This document shows positions 14,312 through 27,345 of a stretch of 64,000 nucleotides of DNA, in pieces (the stretch's first letter is position 1; each line of letters starts with the position of its first letter). A program made the translations under genes and the position numbers. Source of the DNA: Octopus vulgaris (taxonomy: Eukaryota); assembly GCA_951406725.2 (NCBI GenBank), contig OX597835.1, forward strand, positions 7,006,001 through 7,070,000. The letters run 5' to 3'. The notes under the pieces were generated by a model that worked only from the letters and a program-made list of their open reading frames with translations, made no database searches and was not told the origin of the DNA.

Positions 14312-15042
14312 GATCTAAACGGATTCCCAGAGGCACTGATGTGCAGGGCACAGGAACAAGCTCTGAGAGCTAATTATACCAAGTTTCAAGGCGCAGGAGT
14401 GGCTGTGTGGTAAGTAGCTTGCTAATCAACCACATGGTTCCGGGTTCAGTCCCACTGCGTGGCATCTTGGGCAAGTGTCTTCTGCTATAGCCTCGGGCCG
14501 ACCAATGCCTTGTGAGTGGATTTGGTAGACGGAAACTGAAAGAAGCCCGTCGTATATATGTATATATATGTGTGTGTATGTGTTTGTGTCTGTGTTTGTC
14601 CCCCTAGCATTGCTTGACAACCGATGCTGGTGTGTTTACGTCCCCGTCACTTAGCGGTTCGGCAAAAGAGACCGATAGAATAAGTACTGGCGGTGCTCCA
14701 GCATGGCCGCAGTCAAATGACTGAAACAAGTAAAAGAGTGAATTGCCTCTTCGTAGGATGTTTGGCAGCAAACACGAAACAATCTCACATATTGTGAGTG
14801 GGTGTAGCAAACTGGCCCCAAAAATGCTACCAAAGGAGGCACGATAACGTGACGAAGTTTGTTTACTGGAGACTGTGTGAAAAGCACAGTCGGGGCACAG
14901 TAAGGAATGGCACACACATGAACCAGAGGGTGTCATTGACAACAATGAATATATAATCCTGTTGGAGTATACAACTCAAAGTGCTCGGACACTAGACATT
15001 GTTGTGGTGCATAAAAAAAAGGTAACCAAGATCATAGATATT
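14312..15042 (+). mobile_element. Dong/R4-clade LINE fragment (zinc knuckle and start of REL endonuclease), split by a SINE
   Basis: DLNGFPEALMCRAQEQALRANYTKF, then the SINE, then PLRRMFGSKHETISHIVSGCSKLAPK/YQRRHDNVTKFVYWRLCEKH...HEPEGVIDNNEY...RTLDIVVVH...IIDI. Follows the R4/Dong consensus (AQEQAL; CR.C...ET..HI.SGC..LA..Y..RHD; RPDIV) with frameshifts. Confidence 0.85.
14390..14739 (+). mobile_element. tRNA-like SINE, family B (head ggcgcaggagtggctgtgtggtaag), nested in the Dong/R4 relic
   Basis: Near-identical to 39920-40321 and 62517-62930. It interrupts the LINE reading frame. Confidence 0.9.
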
Positions 15043-15252
15043 TTTGTACTCTAGGAACAAGGTCAGTCGATTAGCTCGACTCCAGTGCGCAACTGGTACT
15101 TAATTTATCGATCCCGAAAGAATGAAAGGCAAAGTCGACCTCGTCGGGATTTGAACTCAGAACGTAAAGACAGACGAAATACCGCTAAGCATTTCACCCG
15201 GCGTGGTAACATTTCTCTCAGCTCGCCGTCAAGATCACAGATATTGCCATAC

Positions 15253-15389
<137 letters not shown>

Positions 15390-15392
15390 AAT

Positions 15393-15475
<83 letters not shown>

Positions 15476-15486
15476 TAATAATAAAT

Positions 15487-15610
15487 GGCGCTTACAGTTT
15501 TAACATCACTAAATGTACTCTTACTGAAGTCCAACGCCTGGACGAGAAGCCAAGAAAATTATTTATATCCAGGAACCAGCCCCACCCTAAGGCTGTCTAA
15601 GAATTACATT
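15487..15610 (+). mobile_element. Dong/R4-like post-RT fragment
   Basis: AYSFNITKCTLTEVQRLDEKPRKLFISRNQPHPKAV*ELH resembles YSFGII.W...EL..LD.KTRKLL......HPKA...RLY. Starts directly after a (TAA)n tract. Confidence 0.7.
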
Positions 15611-15811
15611 GTAGGGTAAGTATGAGAGGTCATATCTGGTCAGTTTCCACATAGAATAAAGAGAATATCTGGGCTAGGTATGGACGCTTTGAATACTAAA
15701 GGATAGCGTTTGGTATAACATTTCTTCTACAGCGAGTTATTTAAGTATTATCGATTGAGAAATGGCCATCAAACAACCATAAAACACGTTAGAATTATTT
15801 CTTATTTTGTC

Positions 15812-15871
<60 letters not shown>

Positions 15872-16829
15872 CGCAAAGAAATGAAAAACGAAAACAAGGT
15901 TATGCTTACATTTGTCTCTACAGTGTAGACGCTAGAAATTCTCAGCTTACCAGATTGCATATTAAAGTTTATTTTCAACTTCTTAACTTATGCTTTTTTC
16001 TTCGTATGTCATTGAATTTTATGTGTATGCTTGCATGAAAGCCTGATAACATTTCAGTATGTATTCTCTACTCACCAATGTATTCCCGCGATGATAACGT
16101 TGTATACAGAATGCATCTAATTGTATATTCCTGATAAAATATCCCCCATCGAATCTGAATATATTTGAATTTTTATGAATTGAAGAGCTTCCGTTATGAA
16201 TAATTTTGTCGTCAAAACATGTTTTATGTTTTGTGCGCTGATAACAAGATATACGTACTTACATTACTACACACACTCATAAACACGCACATATGATATA
16301 TGCATTAATTTATACACACACACATGCATTTGTTATACAAGTATTGAATATATTCAGTAACCAAAGAATGTAGTGAGATCTGACTATATATATGCATAAA
16401 TATTTAGCAGAAAGTAACACAGTGACTCACGATCCGACTCTTTCGTGTGTTAATACTTATCAAACTAGTTACAGGTCGAAGAGTTGCCAGGTTATTTATG
16501 GACATGGTGAGAATAACATTTCCCTCTGTATTGTTCAAAGATCGAATTTTAAATTACTACAATGTCACGAAGATAATCCTTATTTTTCAAATACTTTGCA
16601 CGTTGTGTTGTTCAATAGGTGAATACGTAAATAAAAGCAGAAGTAAAGAAATAAAGGGACTAAAAACGCAAGCATAACCTGCATTATAATCTCGCATATA
16701 ATATTGTTTAGAATACTGGGTTAAAACGAACGCCTTAGTTGGAAAGACTCACTTGACTGTGCATAGAGCATATGCTTTTGTAGCTAAAAAGTTTTGACTC
16801 TTATTTCTAGCAATGCATATATATATTCA

Positions 16830-16878
<49 letters not shown>

Positions 16879-16984
16879 TTAATAAGGGTGAGAGAATTAG
16901 ATACTAATTTAATAGTATATCTATTCTACACCAAGTGGCCTATGGTAAAATCTGGCGTGTGATTGAGTGGATTTCATCCAGATA

Positions 16985-17068
16985 GTTTTGGCTGAGGAGC
17001 TACAAGTGGATTTTTTTGTAAGTAATATTACATTTAATTCATTAATAGCGAAACAATTGTCCCAAAAT
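16985..17068 (+). ncRNA. Type I hammerhead ribozyme motif with intact core
   Basis: Stem I gttttgg/ccaaaat; core CTGAGGA (16992-16998); stem II gcta/tagc with an extended hairpin; GAAA (17050-17053); palindromic stem III acaattgt; GTC cleavage triplet ending at 17061. Confidence 0.85.
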
Positions 17069-17566
17069 AATCTGTATTTTTGTTATTTTTTATTTGCCCT
17101 GTCCGTGTGAGCTAACAATCGTACTGACTTTCATGGGAAACATGTATTTTTGTAGTTCATAATTTCATTATTTTCGGCAGCTGTTTTATTAGAAACACTC
17201 TTATCTATTCCATAATTATATAATATATATACGTAGTTAACGTTTCCAAGTTATTCCACAGAGCCAGCAATTTTCGAGGGGAGGTGGAAGTCGATTATTG
17301 TGACCTCAGTACATGGCTGGTATTTTTCTTTATCGAATTTGAAAGAATGGAAGGCAAAGCTGACATCGGCGGAATACAAATATACACAATTAATAACATA
17401 ATTTTAAACAATGTTTACCCTAAATCATTCAGAACGATATGAGCTACGGTAATTACCGATTTATATTCTGGGTTTTATAAATTGAATTTGCTGCCAGGTT
17501 TGTGTCAAGGCAACACACAGACAGATAGACACACACATACACAGACACATACACAAACACGTACGT

Positions 17567-17911
17567 ATGCATGTATGTATGTGTGTGTGTATGTATGTGT
17601 GTATGTATGTATGTGTGTGTGTATGTGTGTGTGTATGTATGTATGTATGTATGTATGAATGTGTGTGTGTATGTATGTATGTATGTATGTATGTGTGTGT
17701 GTATGTATGTATGTATGTATGTGTGTGTGTATGTATGTGTGTATGTATGTATGTGTGTGTGTATGTATGTGTGTATGTATGTATGTATGTATGTATGTAT
17801 GTATGTATGTATGTATGTATGTATGTATGTGTGTATGTATGTATGTGTGTGTGTATGTATGTATGTATGTATGTGTGTGTGTATATATGTGTGTATGTAT
17901 GTATGTATGTA

Positions 17912-17948
<37 letters not shown>

Positions 17949-18510
17949 ATGTATGTATGTGTGTGTGTATGTATGTATGTATGTATGTATGTGTGTATGT
18001 ATGTGTGTGTGTATGTATGTATGTATGTGTGTATGTATGTATGTATGTATGTGTGTATGTATGTATGTATGTATGTGTGTGTGTATGTATGTATGTATGT
18101 ATGTATGTATGTGTGTGTGTATGTATGTATGCATGTGTGTATGTATGTATGTATGTATGTATGTATGTGTATGTATGTATGTATGTATGTATGTGTGTGT
18201 ATGTATGTATGTATGTATGTGTGTGTATGTATGTATTTATGTATGTATATATGTATGTATGTATGTGTGTGTATGTATGTATGTATGTATGTGTGTATGT
18301 ATGTATGTATGTATGTATGTATGTGTGTGTATGTATGTATGTATGTGTGTGTGTATGTATGTATGTGTGTGTGTATGTATGTATGTATGTATGTGTGTAT
18401 GTATGTATGTATGTATGTATGTGTGTGTATGTATGTATGTATGTATGTGTGTGTGTATGTATGTATGTATGTATGTATGTGTGTATGTATGTATGTATGT
18501 ATGTATGTAT
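17567..18510. repeat. Compound (TATG)n/(TG)n microsatellite, about 940 bp
   Basis: Seen directly. Source of the spurious 200-350 aa ORFs. Confidence 0.97.
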
Positions 18511-18778
18511 GGTGTAACCCACTATGGTGTGGTTAAACTTTCAGACCCTAGTCTAGATTGCAAATCCTCCGTATTACAGGATGGTTCAGCCCTCCACCCG
18601 TTAAAAGCCACCGCTTACAGGATGAGGGTTACAACGTAGCTTTCGCGCCCGTGCAAACGCCAGTCTATTGCGTGTGGTGGTGGGTGGATGTTCAAGTTGC
18701 CATACGCAATTTTTAATAGCTTAGAGTAGGCTCGAACTAGAGATTATTCTTTGTGGCTAATGGCATGAGTCCTGATTG

Positions 18779-19045
18779 GAAGAAGAAGAAGAAGAAGGAG
18801 GAGGAGGAGGAGGAGAAGAAGAAGAAGAGGATCAAGAAGAAGAAGAAAAAGAAGAAGAAGATGAAGAAGGAGGAGGAGGAGAAGAAGAAGAAGAAGATGA
18901 AGAAGAAGAAAAAAAAGAAGAAGAAGAAGAAGGAGGAGAAGAAGAAGAAGAAGAAGAAGAAGACGAAGAAGAAGAAGAAGAAGAAGAAGAAGAAGAAGAA
19001 GAAGAAGAAGACGACGACGACGACGACGTCGACGACAACAACAAC
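18779..19045. repeat. (GAA)n/(GAG)n/(GAC)n triplet tract just downstream of an exon donor
   Basis: Seen directly. Confidence 0.95.
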
Positions 19046-19064
19046 ACTGAAAGAAATTGCTCAC

Positions 19065-19220
19065 CATTTTCATTTCTCTTTTCATTTTATGGGTGACGAC
19101 AAAATTTTTCTTTTCGTACATTTTCAAAGCAACAATTTGTCCTTTATAGTTGCCGGTTCTAGCATAGACTTGCGTCATTGTAGTTCTCGAATCAAGTGAC
19201 AGACGACTGCTCAAAGAATA
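19065..19220 (-). CDS. Receptor guanylyl cyclase exon: Ser/Thr-rich segment and start of kinase-homology domain (YSLSSRLSLDSRTTMTQVYARTGNYKGQIVALKMYEKKNFVVTHKMKREMKM)
   Basis: 156 nt, ccgcag acceptor, gtgag donor, phase 0 to 0. Contains the G.YKG..VALK subdomain I/II signature of the kinase-homology domain. Confidence 0.93.
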
Positions 19221-20299
19221 CTGCGGATGAAGAAGGAAACTTGAATAAATAAACCAGATTCTAAATTATTTGTAATCGAAGCAGTGATTTAGATAATATC
19301 ATAGAAAACGAAACATGTTTTAGGTAAATGGACGCAGCCTTTGGTTGTGTGATTAAGAAGATCGCTGTATGTATGTATGTATGTATGTATGTATGTATGT
19401 ATGTATGTATGTATGTATGTATGTATGTATGTATGTATGCGTGTGTGTGTATGTGTCTATGCATGTATGTGTGCGTTTGTGTGTATGTATATATGTATGT
19501 ATGTATGTATGTATGTGTGTATGCATGTATGTGTGTGTTTGTGTGTATGCATATATATATATGTATGTGTGTATGTGTGTGTTTGTGTATATGTATATGT
19601 GTAAGTATGTGTGTATGTATGTGTCTGTATGTGTGAACGTGTTTGTATGTATGTATGCGTGTGTGTGTATATATATATGTGTGTGTGTATGTGTCTATGC
19701 ATGTATGTGTGCGTTTGTGTGTATGTATATATGTATGTGTGCATGTATGTGTTTATGTATGTGTGTATGTATGTGTCTTTATGTGTGTCTTCATGAAGGT
19801 CTACGTATGTATGCGTGAATGTGTTTGTATGTATGCGTATGTATATGTATGCGTATGTATATGTATGCGTGTTTATTATAGTAATTATCAGAAGATTGTC
19901 TTTTTTCGCTTCTTGGAGCGGTCGACGCGTTGTGTCCTTGAGCAAAACACTTCATTTCACGTTGCTCCAGTCCACTCAGCTGGCAAAAATGAGTACATAC
20001 ATACATCTCACACACACGTACACACACACATGTATATATATACACACACGATGGCCTTCCATACAGTTACTCTACACAACGCATTGCGCGGCCTGGGAGC
20101 TATAGTAGGAGACTACAGCCCAAGCTGCCGCACAGTAGCAATAACCGAAATCCCCTTATTGCCAATCGAGACTCTTAACCACACAGCCAGGCCTGCACCT
20201 AAAATTACATAAAACAAACACGAATAGACGAATCAGTGGATGACCACAATAAATAAACGATGACAACCTGGGTGGAATGTATTTCATAGAATTACTTAC

Positions 20300-20402
20300 T
20301 TTGCTCTCGGATTTGCATTCCGGTTTATCAGAATCAATATGAAGCTCTGAGGAACAGATCTTCCACAGCAGACCGGCGATAGCTTGTTCATACCGCCATT
20401 TT
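20300..20402 (-). CDS. Receptor guanylyl cyclase exon: cytoplasmic juxtamembrane ((K)KWRYEQAIAGLLWKICSSELHIDSDKPECKSESK)
   Basis: 103 nt, ttcacag acceptor, gtaag donor, phase 2 to 0. KW.YE...LLWKI is typical of invertebrate receptor guanylyl cyclases (Drosophila Gyc76C/Gyc32E type). Confidence 0.92.
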
Positions 20403-21231
20403 CTGTGAATGAAATAAAACAGTACGATAAACGAGGCCATGTTGTGATATATTACATCTCTTGAAACGCTATAGAGTAAACAAAATAATTAGTATTTCAT
20501 TAACCGATCGAAATTAATTGACCAACATGGATCTAATATAGATATTTCTTCTTAGAAGTGATGGGTAAAAAGTGTAAACGCATATATATATATATACATA
20601 GATGTATGTGTGCGTGTGCATACGTATTAATGTGTTCGCGCATGTACATGTATGTGTGTATATGCATATATACGTAAATGCGTGGATATATGTGTACGTA
20701 TGGATGTATTTACACGTGTCAGTATATGCATGTGTCTCTGTGTATATATATATATATATGGACGTACGGATGTATGTGTGTATATGTATTTGTGCGTACA
20801 TGCATATACACAAATTTCCTTAAGTTTATTTATACCGTATAAACGTATATTCCATTCTTTATAAACGATAAATTTATCTTATTTATATTTAAATTTCCTC
20901 TATCATCTCTATCTAATTATTTATTGCTCTAATTCTATTTACCTACTCTATGTCATCTCCAGTCAACCTGCAAACACCTGGCCCGAACATATAAAAGTGC
21001 ACATCATAAACAGTATCCCTCACTCTGCTATAATGAATCCATAAACACATATAAAACATCCAAGCGTATATTTTTACCCCTCTGAATATATTATGCTCAG
21101 TTCATATGAATATAAATTTTATAATTACGTGAAATTTACTGAGTATTAATTGAAACAGCTATAAAGAATGAGGATTAATTTGCTGTCAATAATAAACAAT
21201 TATTAATTTCCTAATCTCCATTTTCTTTTCT

Positions 21232-21320
<89 letters not shown>

Positions 21321-21322
21321 TA

Positions 21323-21365
<43 letters not shown>

Positions 21366-21439
21366 GTGTGTGTGTATGTGTATGCGTGTGTGTGTGTGGG
21401 GTGTGTGTGTACGTGTGTGTTATACGTATGCTGTAATGA

Positions 21440-21900
21440 GCAAAAAAAGAAAAGACAAAGCGAGAGGAACAGGTTTTAAGGAAAATTGTCATTAATATGA
21501 CGCTTATGTGAAGAGAAAGTGTCCTTGATGTTTTGGGCGTCAATCCTTCATCAGAAAAAGGAAAGGAAGGAAATAATGGGAAAAGAGAAAAAGATAATGG
21601 AAAAGAAGAAAGACATTTTAGTAGCCAAGTGGGAATGCGAGATTATGGGAGGTGCTAGAAGGAGGAGAAGGCGGAGTAGTGTAACTGTATAAAAGAGTGT
21701 ATGTGGATGGAGATAGGCACAGGATGTATCTGTGTGCAAAGTGGGAATTTCGAGCTGTTTCTGGTGTGTGTGTAGAGGTTTGCTAGTGTGGGAGTGTCGT
21801 GGAAGAGGGGGGAAGGCTAGTAAGTAGGTGTGACTTCAATGGAGGTGAGAGGAAGACCAGGGGGTGGTGAAAAAAAGGTAGGAAAACCACTGAAGAAAGC
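21440..21900 (-). mobile_element. Penelope-like element terminal remnant with decayed hammerhead motif
   Basis: Minus strand CTGATGAaggattgacgcccAAAAcatc at 21527-21554 in a pyrimidine-rich context. Boundaries approximate. Confidence 0.5.
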
Positions 21901-23389
21901 AATGTAGGTGGTGAGAAGAAATATGTGTTATAAAATATACAATGCGTAAATAGAAAAATATTTAAATGATAGAAGTCAACTCGTGACCGAATAAGACCAT
22001 TTTATAAACTCAGTAAATCCAGGCAAACGTTCCAAGGGGTCCAAGAAGCTTCTTTGGATGAATGTGTTTTGAGCGAGTAAAGGGTTGCCCAGAGGATCCA
22101 CATTCCAGCGTAATCAGCAAGAAACCCAGTGGCACAGCAGAAGTGGCACAGCAGAAGTTGAGACGACAAGAAACCGACTGTAGTTCAGGGCATTTTTTAA
22201 ATACGAGTTTTCCTTCCCCCAGATGAAATTCTTACAAGAACTAGGGGACTTTCAGTTTTAGTTGTTTTAAACCCATAGCTGGGAGTCTACTAACAAGTGT
22301 TATTACTCCGGGGCAGGGTTGACATGGGAACAATAGTGACGAAGAGGTTGTTCTACACCCCTCAATACTCTAGAACTCCCGTACCAGGACATAGAAATAA
22401 AGCAGTGAAAATTAAGGTGTGTTGAAAGGGGAAAGAAAACAAAGAGAGCAAAATGCAGCTAAAAGTAAAAGTAATAATAAAAGCTTGTAATTTTTTGTTT
22501 ATTACTTTTTTAGTCTTTGTGCAGCGGCCATTCTGGGGCCTCGAGAGGTGTAGTTAAACACATCGACACAAGTACTTATATATTTTAAAGTCTAGTACTT
22601 AGTTTGTCTTCATCTTTTGCCGAACCGATTTTGTAGGAACAAACACAACCACACACATGCACACAAGTACACACATATACACATATATGTGTGGACACGA
22701 CGGGTTTCTTTCAGTTTCCGTCTTCCAAATCCACTGACAAGGCTTTGGTCGGTCCAAGGCTACAATAGAAGACTCCAGCTCAGGTTGCCACGCAGTAGGA
22801 CTGAACCCAGAACCTTACAATTGGGGAACAAACTTGTTGCCATTCTGCCACGACTAATTTATTGATTTCTTTTTAAATATATTTTATTTGTATTATTTGA
22901 GGTTAGTAGCATTAAAAGTAAATTGAGCAGTTCATTCCAGGAATTTATTGCCAACGTAAAGTTAATTCCGAGAAAGATTGCAATTAATTAACTTCTGTCC
23001 CTGAAACCAAATTAAATCCAGTCAAGTGTAAAGTTATTTTAAACGAAATTCATTGAATAAGCTTCGGCTGATTATAATTAAAGGGCTCTGGCTGTGAGCT
23101 GGTAGAATGGCTAGTACGTCGAGCATAATGCTTAGCGGCATTTCTGCCGGTTCTTTGCGTTTTCGGTTCAAATTCTGTCGAGGTCGGATTTGTCTTGAAT
23201 CTTTTCTGGGTCCATGAATTAAGTTCCAGTCGAACACTGGGGTCGATGTAATCAGCTTACTCCAGCGCGCCGGGCAAAATGCTTTTTGGCATTTCGCCCG
23301 TCTTCATGTTCTGAGTTTAAATTCCGCCGATCGCTGCTTTGCCTTTTATCCCTTCGGGGTCGATAAATTAAGTGAAACAAAAAAATATC

Positions 23390-23430
<41 letters not shown>

Positions 23431-25846
23431 TTTGTATTTCACCATCATATCGCTTGAATATAGGCGTCGGTTTGTTTACGTTCCTACAACCTTGCGCGGT
23501 ACCGCAAAGGGTGCGATAGAATAAGTACCAAAAGTTTAAATTAAAGATTGTGTTCGATTTATTCGGCTATATATTCCTTGAATGTGTAACTCCAGCATGG
23601 CCTCAGTCCAATGACTCAGATGAATCAAGATTAAAAGATACAGCCACAAACGGCCACATATTTTGCTCTTTCGATGAAACTCGATGCATTTTGTTGTAAT
23701 TCCTGTAACAGTTTGGAAGACGTTTTCTTATTATTCATCTGCAGAATTCGTTCTTAACACGAAAGAGAGACAGGTGTTTTTCTTAGAACAATTTTTATCG
23801 CTTAAGACTCTTGCTGTCTTTTATTCGTATTTACACAAAAAGCGGACAATACATACTGCAGAAATAAATGTGTTTAAATTAATATATCCTCGTCTATAGT
23901 TACTTATTCTTCTTACCTATAATCTTCAACGATGCATAGCAACACTATTTCTTGATAGCTCGCAGTTAAAATACTGTTATTTATTCAGCTATAACGTACT
24001 TAAATAAATCTTTATTACAGTCGCCATAACAAGTTCGTGTTTTATTTCATTTGTTTATGAACACCTATGCGTCACCGCTAGCACTCAACGACATCTTAGT
24101 ATAATAATAGTACTGTACATTCTGTCAACAACATCCGCGTATGTTTTTATCATTTCCTAAAGTATTGCCTTTATTTTTAGAAATTTCCCGAATCTGATGT
24201 CACTTTTGCAATTAGTTATTAGAATGCTCCAAGGAGTCCTCATTCTGCGGTTATTTCTAAAACTTCCCCAAGCAAAATATGATTTGCAACTTCTCTCTAA
24301 GAATTTTCCGAATGAAATTCAATTTGAACTTTGCAAGTGAGATTGTTTTTATAAGCGCAGGCATATTTAACGGACTTTGGAATATTCGAGAATTGTTATC
24401 CGTCATATACGACCTTTACGAATGCTAAGAATATTTTCATCTATATTTTCACGCAGAATCAAAGCTCTCTCCCTCTCCAAACCTAAGCCTCGCCTTGTAA
24501 CCCAACACTAAAGTTGCTTCTACGAACTTCACAGTAACTTCCAGTACACTCCTCTTCAATTCCGATGACACTGCATTTGTTGTCCGTTTTTGCTTTTAAT
24601 TTCACACAACACTCTCACAAAACTTCTTATAATCTCTGGACTCGACTGCTTTCCTTATCACAAGGAATCTTTTCCATCATCTTTACCAATAAGAACAAAT
24701 CCCAGCCTGCCGTCGAACAAGCAAAACACATACATGGAGTATACGCGCTCGATAATGTTTACAACACTAGTGCTGCTTCTAATCCATATCTGAATTTATT
24801 CTTAGATATGCATCGCCATGGCACACCAGCAAACAATCCTTACACTATTTGTATATAGTCATTAATGTGGCAGGCGATTCAATTCGCCTGCTTTTCGTGA
24901 TGTTGATATACCATAAAAATGGCGAAACATCCATGTCTAACTGTCTTGAATGGAATTTGGCGCAAGTTAACTCGTCTGTCTTTGATTTTCAGGTATTTTT
25001 AAACACCCGACACATTGGGTTAGTCATCACCGCTGCGCCATATATTAGCCTATCGGCGAACAACCAGGGTTCCTACTTTAAGTGTATGTATTCAATAATA
25101 TATATATACATGTGTGTATGTGTGTGTGAGTGTGTGTGTGTGTGTGTGGTGATATGAGTAAACCTTGCGATTGAATTTGACACAAGAATTATTTCTTTCA
25201 CTTGTCGTTCTGATCACGCCTGGCAAAAAAAAAAAAAAAACTCCTATGATACATTCTCTCTATCTTTTATCTTTTAAACCAGGGATTTTCCCGTCAGGTC
25301 GCTCCAACGCAGTATATGCTAATAGTATCTATCCAACCTGGAAACTATCAACTTTGCTTAAGGAACAATCCACGTAGTGGTGCTTCTCATATATGTGAGA
25401 CAAATTTGCTTTCGACACAAACGAGTGTCGTAGATTTACTGACAGGAGTTTTCACTCAACGATTTGCTTCAAGTACAAGGTCAAAACCGTTCTGAACGAC
25501 TTACGGTTTTTGAATTGACATGATGAAAAAAAGAAAAAAATTACAAAACAATATGATTGAAGGGTGAACGTTGTTTTGATATATGTTTGAAACAGTTTTT
25601 GTTTTTGATGTCGTTGATTCCCTCGACCCTCCACCATACGAGACGGCACTTAGTGAGCACAGTATCACATCATATACACTTTTGTGGCACTTGGTATGCA
25701 CTGACGGTTGACAGGACATAATACGTGCGCGCGCGCGTGTGTACATACATACATACATACATACATATATAAATACATACATATATGTACACGCACACAT
25801 ATATTGACATACATATGTGTATATATAAATATCTATACATGTGTGT

Positions 25847-25899
<53 letters not shown>

Positions 25900-26139
25900 T
25901 ATATATATATATGTATACATACGCACATCATTTTTTAGTGAGAGATTGATGACAGCGTATATATGTGCGTATAGACATACATACATTTTATATATATGAG
26001 TGTGTATATGTATGTATGTATATATGTATGCATGTATACATGCACATATATCTATGTATACACACAAAAACACACATATATATACATACACAGCTTATAT
26101 AGAGTGATACATTACAATGTGTGTATGTATGTATGTATG

Positions 26140-26193
<54 letters not shown>

Positions 26194-26198
26194 CATAA

Positions 26199-26265
<67 letters not shown>

Positions 26266-26741
26266 GTGACTTATGTTTTGATATACACTGAAAATGGCAG
26301 AGTGTATATACTGATGGTTATCTACATCAATGGACGACGATGTTTATATTGATGTATCGAACTGATACGTGCCTCAACTGCTTATTGTTTTATATCGATA
26401 TTTCATGCTGATACATGTTGAATCCTGTCAATAGGAAATCGATTCCATAAAACCTCATCTTGTATTTTATCGGCTCCACAAGGACGAAACACACATTTAA
26501 GTTCAGTATGATTTGAACTCAGAAATTAAACGATTAAGATTGAAAAATGGAGGATATTTAATGCGACGCTCTACTGCTTCTCCAATACTAACCATCACCT
26601 GACGAAAGCAGATATTGATTCGCATTAATTTTGCATAAAAAGACTGGCGGGTTTGCAGAATCGTCAGAGCGTCGGGTATATTGGTTTGTGGTATTTGCAC
26701 TGATTTTATAGTTCGCGGTCAAATCCAGCCCATGTCACCGT

Positions 26742-27060
26742 TGAAATTCCGCCGAGGTCGACTTTTCCTTTCATCCTTTCTTGGTCGATAAATTAAGTAC
26801 CTGTTACGCACTGGGGTCGATGTATTCGACTTAATCCGTTTGTCTGTCCTTGTTTGTCCTCTCTCTGTTTAACCCCTTGTGGGCAATAAAGAAATAGGTA
26901 TTTGATCTATACTTTATCAGTTCAAATTCCGCCAAGGTCGACTTTGCCTTTCATCCTTTCGGGGTCGATAAATTAAGTACCACTTGCATACTGGGGTTGA
27001 TATAATCGACTGGCCACCTCCCCCAAAACTTCGGGCCTTGTGCCTAGAATAGAAATGAAT
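26742..27060 (+). mobile_element. SINE family A, dimeric 3' part
   Basis: Two tandem copies of aaattccgcc(g/a)aggtcgacttt...ggtcgataaattaagtac, as in 46298-46700. Confidence 0.8.
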
Positions 27061-27345
27061 ATCTGCGCATAACTAGACACACCCGAAAACACTACACTAC
27101 CCCATACTCCTCCCGCTACGCATGGCATCTAATCTATACCTGTATACGCCGCCCATCTCCTCTCCACCGAACTCCTCTAAAGAACCACATTTTCCTTGAC
27201 CCTTAAATTTTTCCAAACGTCTTTTCTCATTTTATTTTTACTGGTGAATGATTAGCGCCCGAATCGTTAAACCTGGACACCTTGTTTTTGAGCGATAAAC
27301 TAATACAGCATTTATTAAAACTTGTCTCTCTTCTTTTTCTTCTTG
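27060..27345 (+). mobile_element. Penelope-like terminal remnant with decayed hammerhead motif
   Basis: CTGGTGAatgattagcgcccGAATcgttaaa at 27241-27271. Same layout as the 21440-21900 element, opposite strand. Confidence 0.45.

Noticed and set aside
17461-18639. ORFs of 209-353 aa (YIHT/MYVC repeats)
   Set aside because: Translations of a (TATG)n/(TG)n microsatellite, open in many frames, with no coding signal.
18511-18745. GC-richer island between microsatellites near an exon
   Set aside because: No splice-compatible frame or recognisable RNA fold. Probably a repeat fragment that I cannot classify.
22129-22156. 14-bp tandem duplication gtggcacagcagaa
   Set aside because: Ordinary slippage event.
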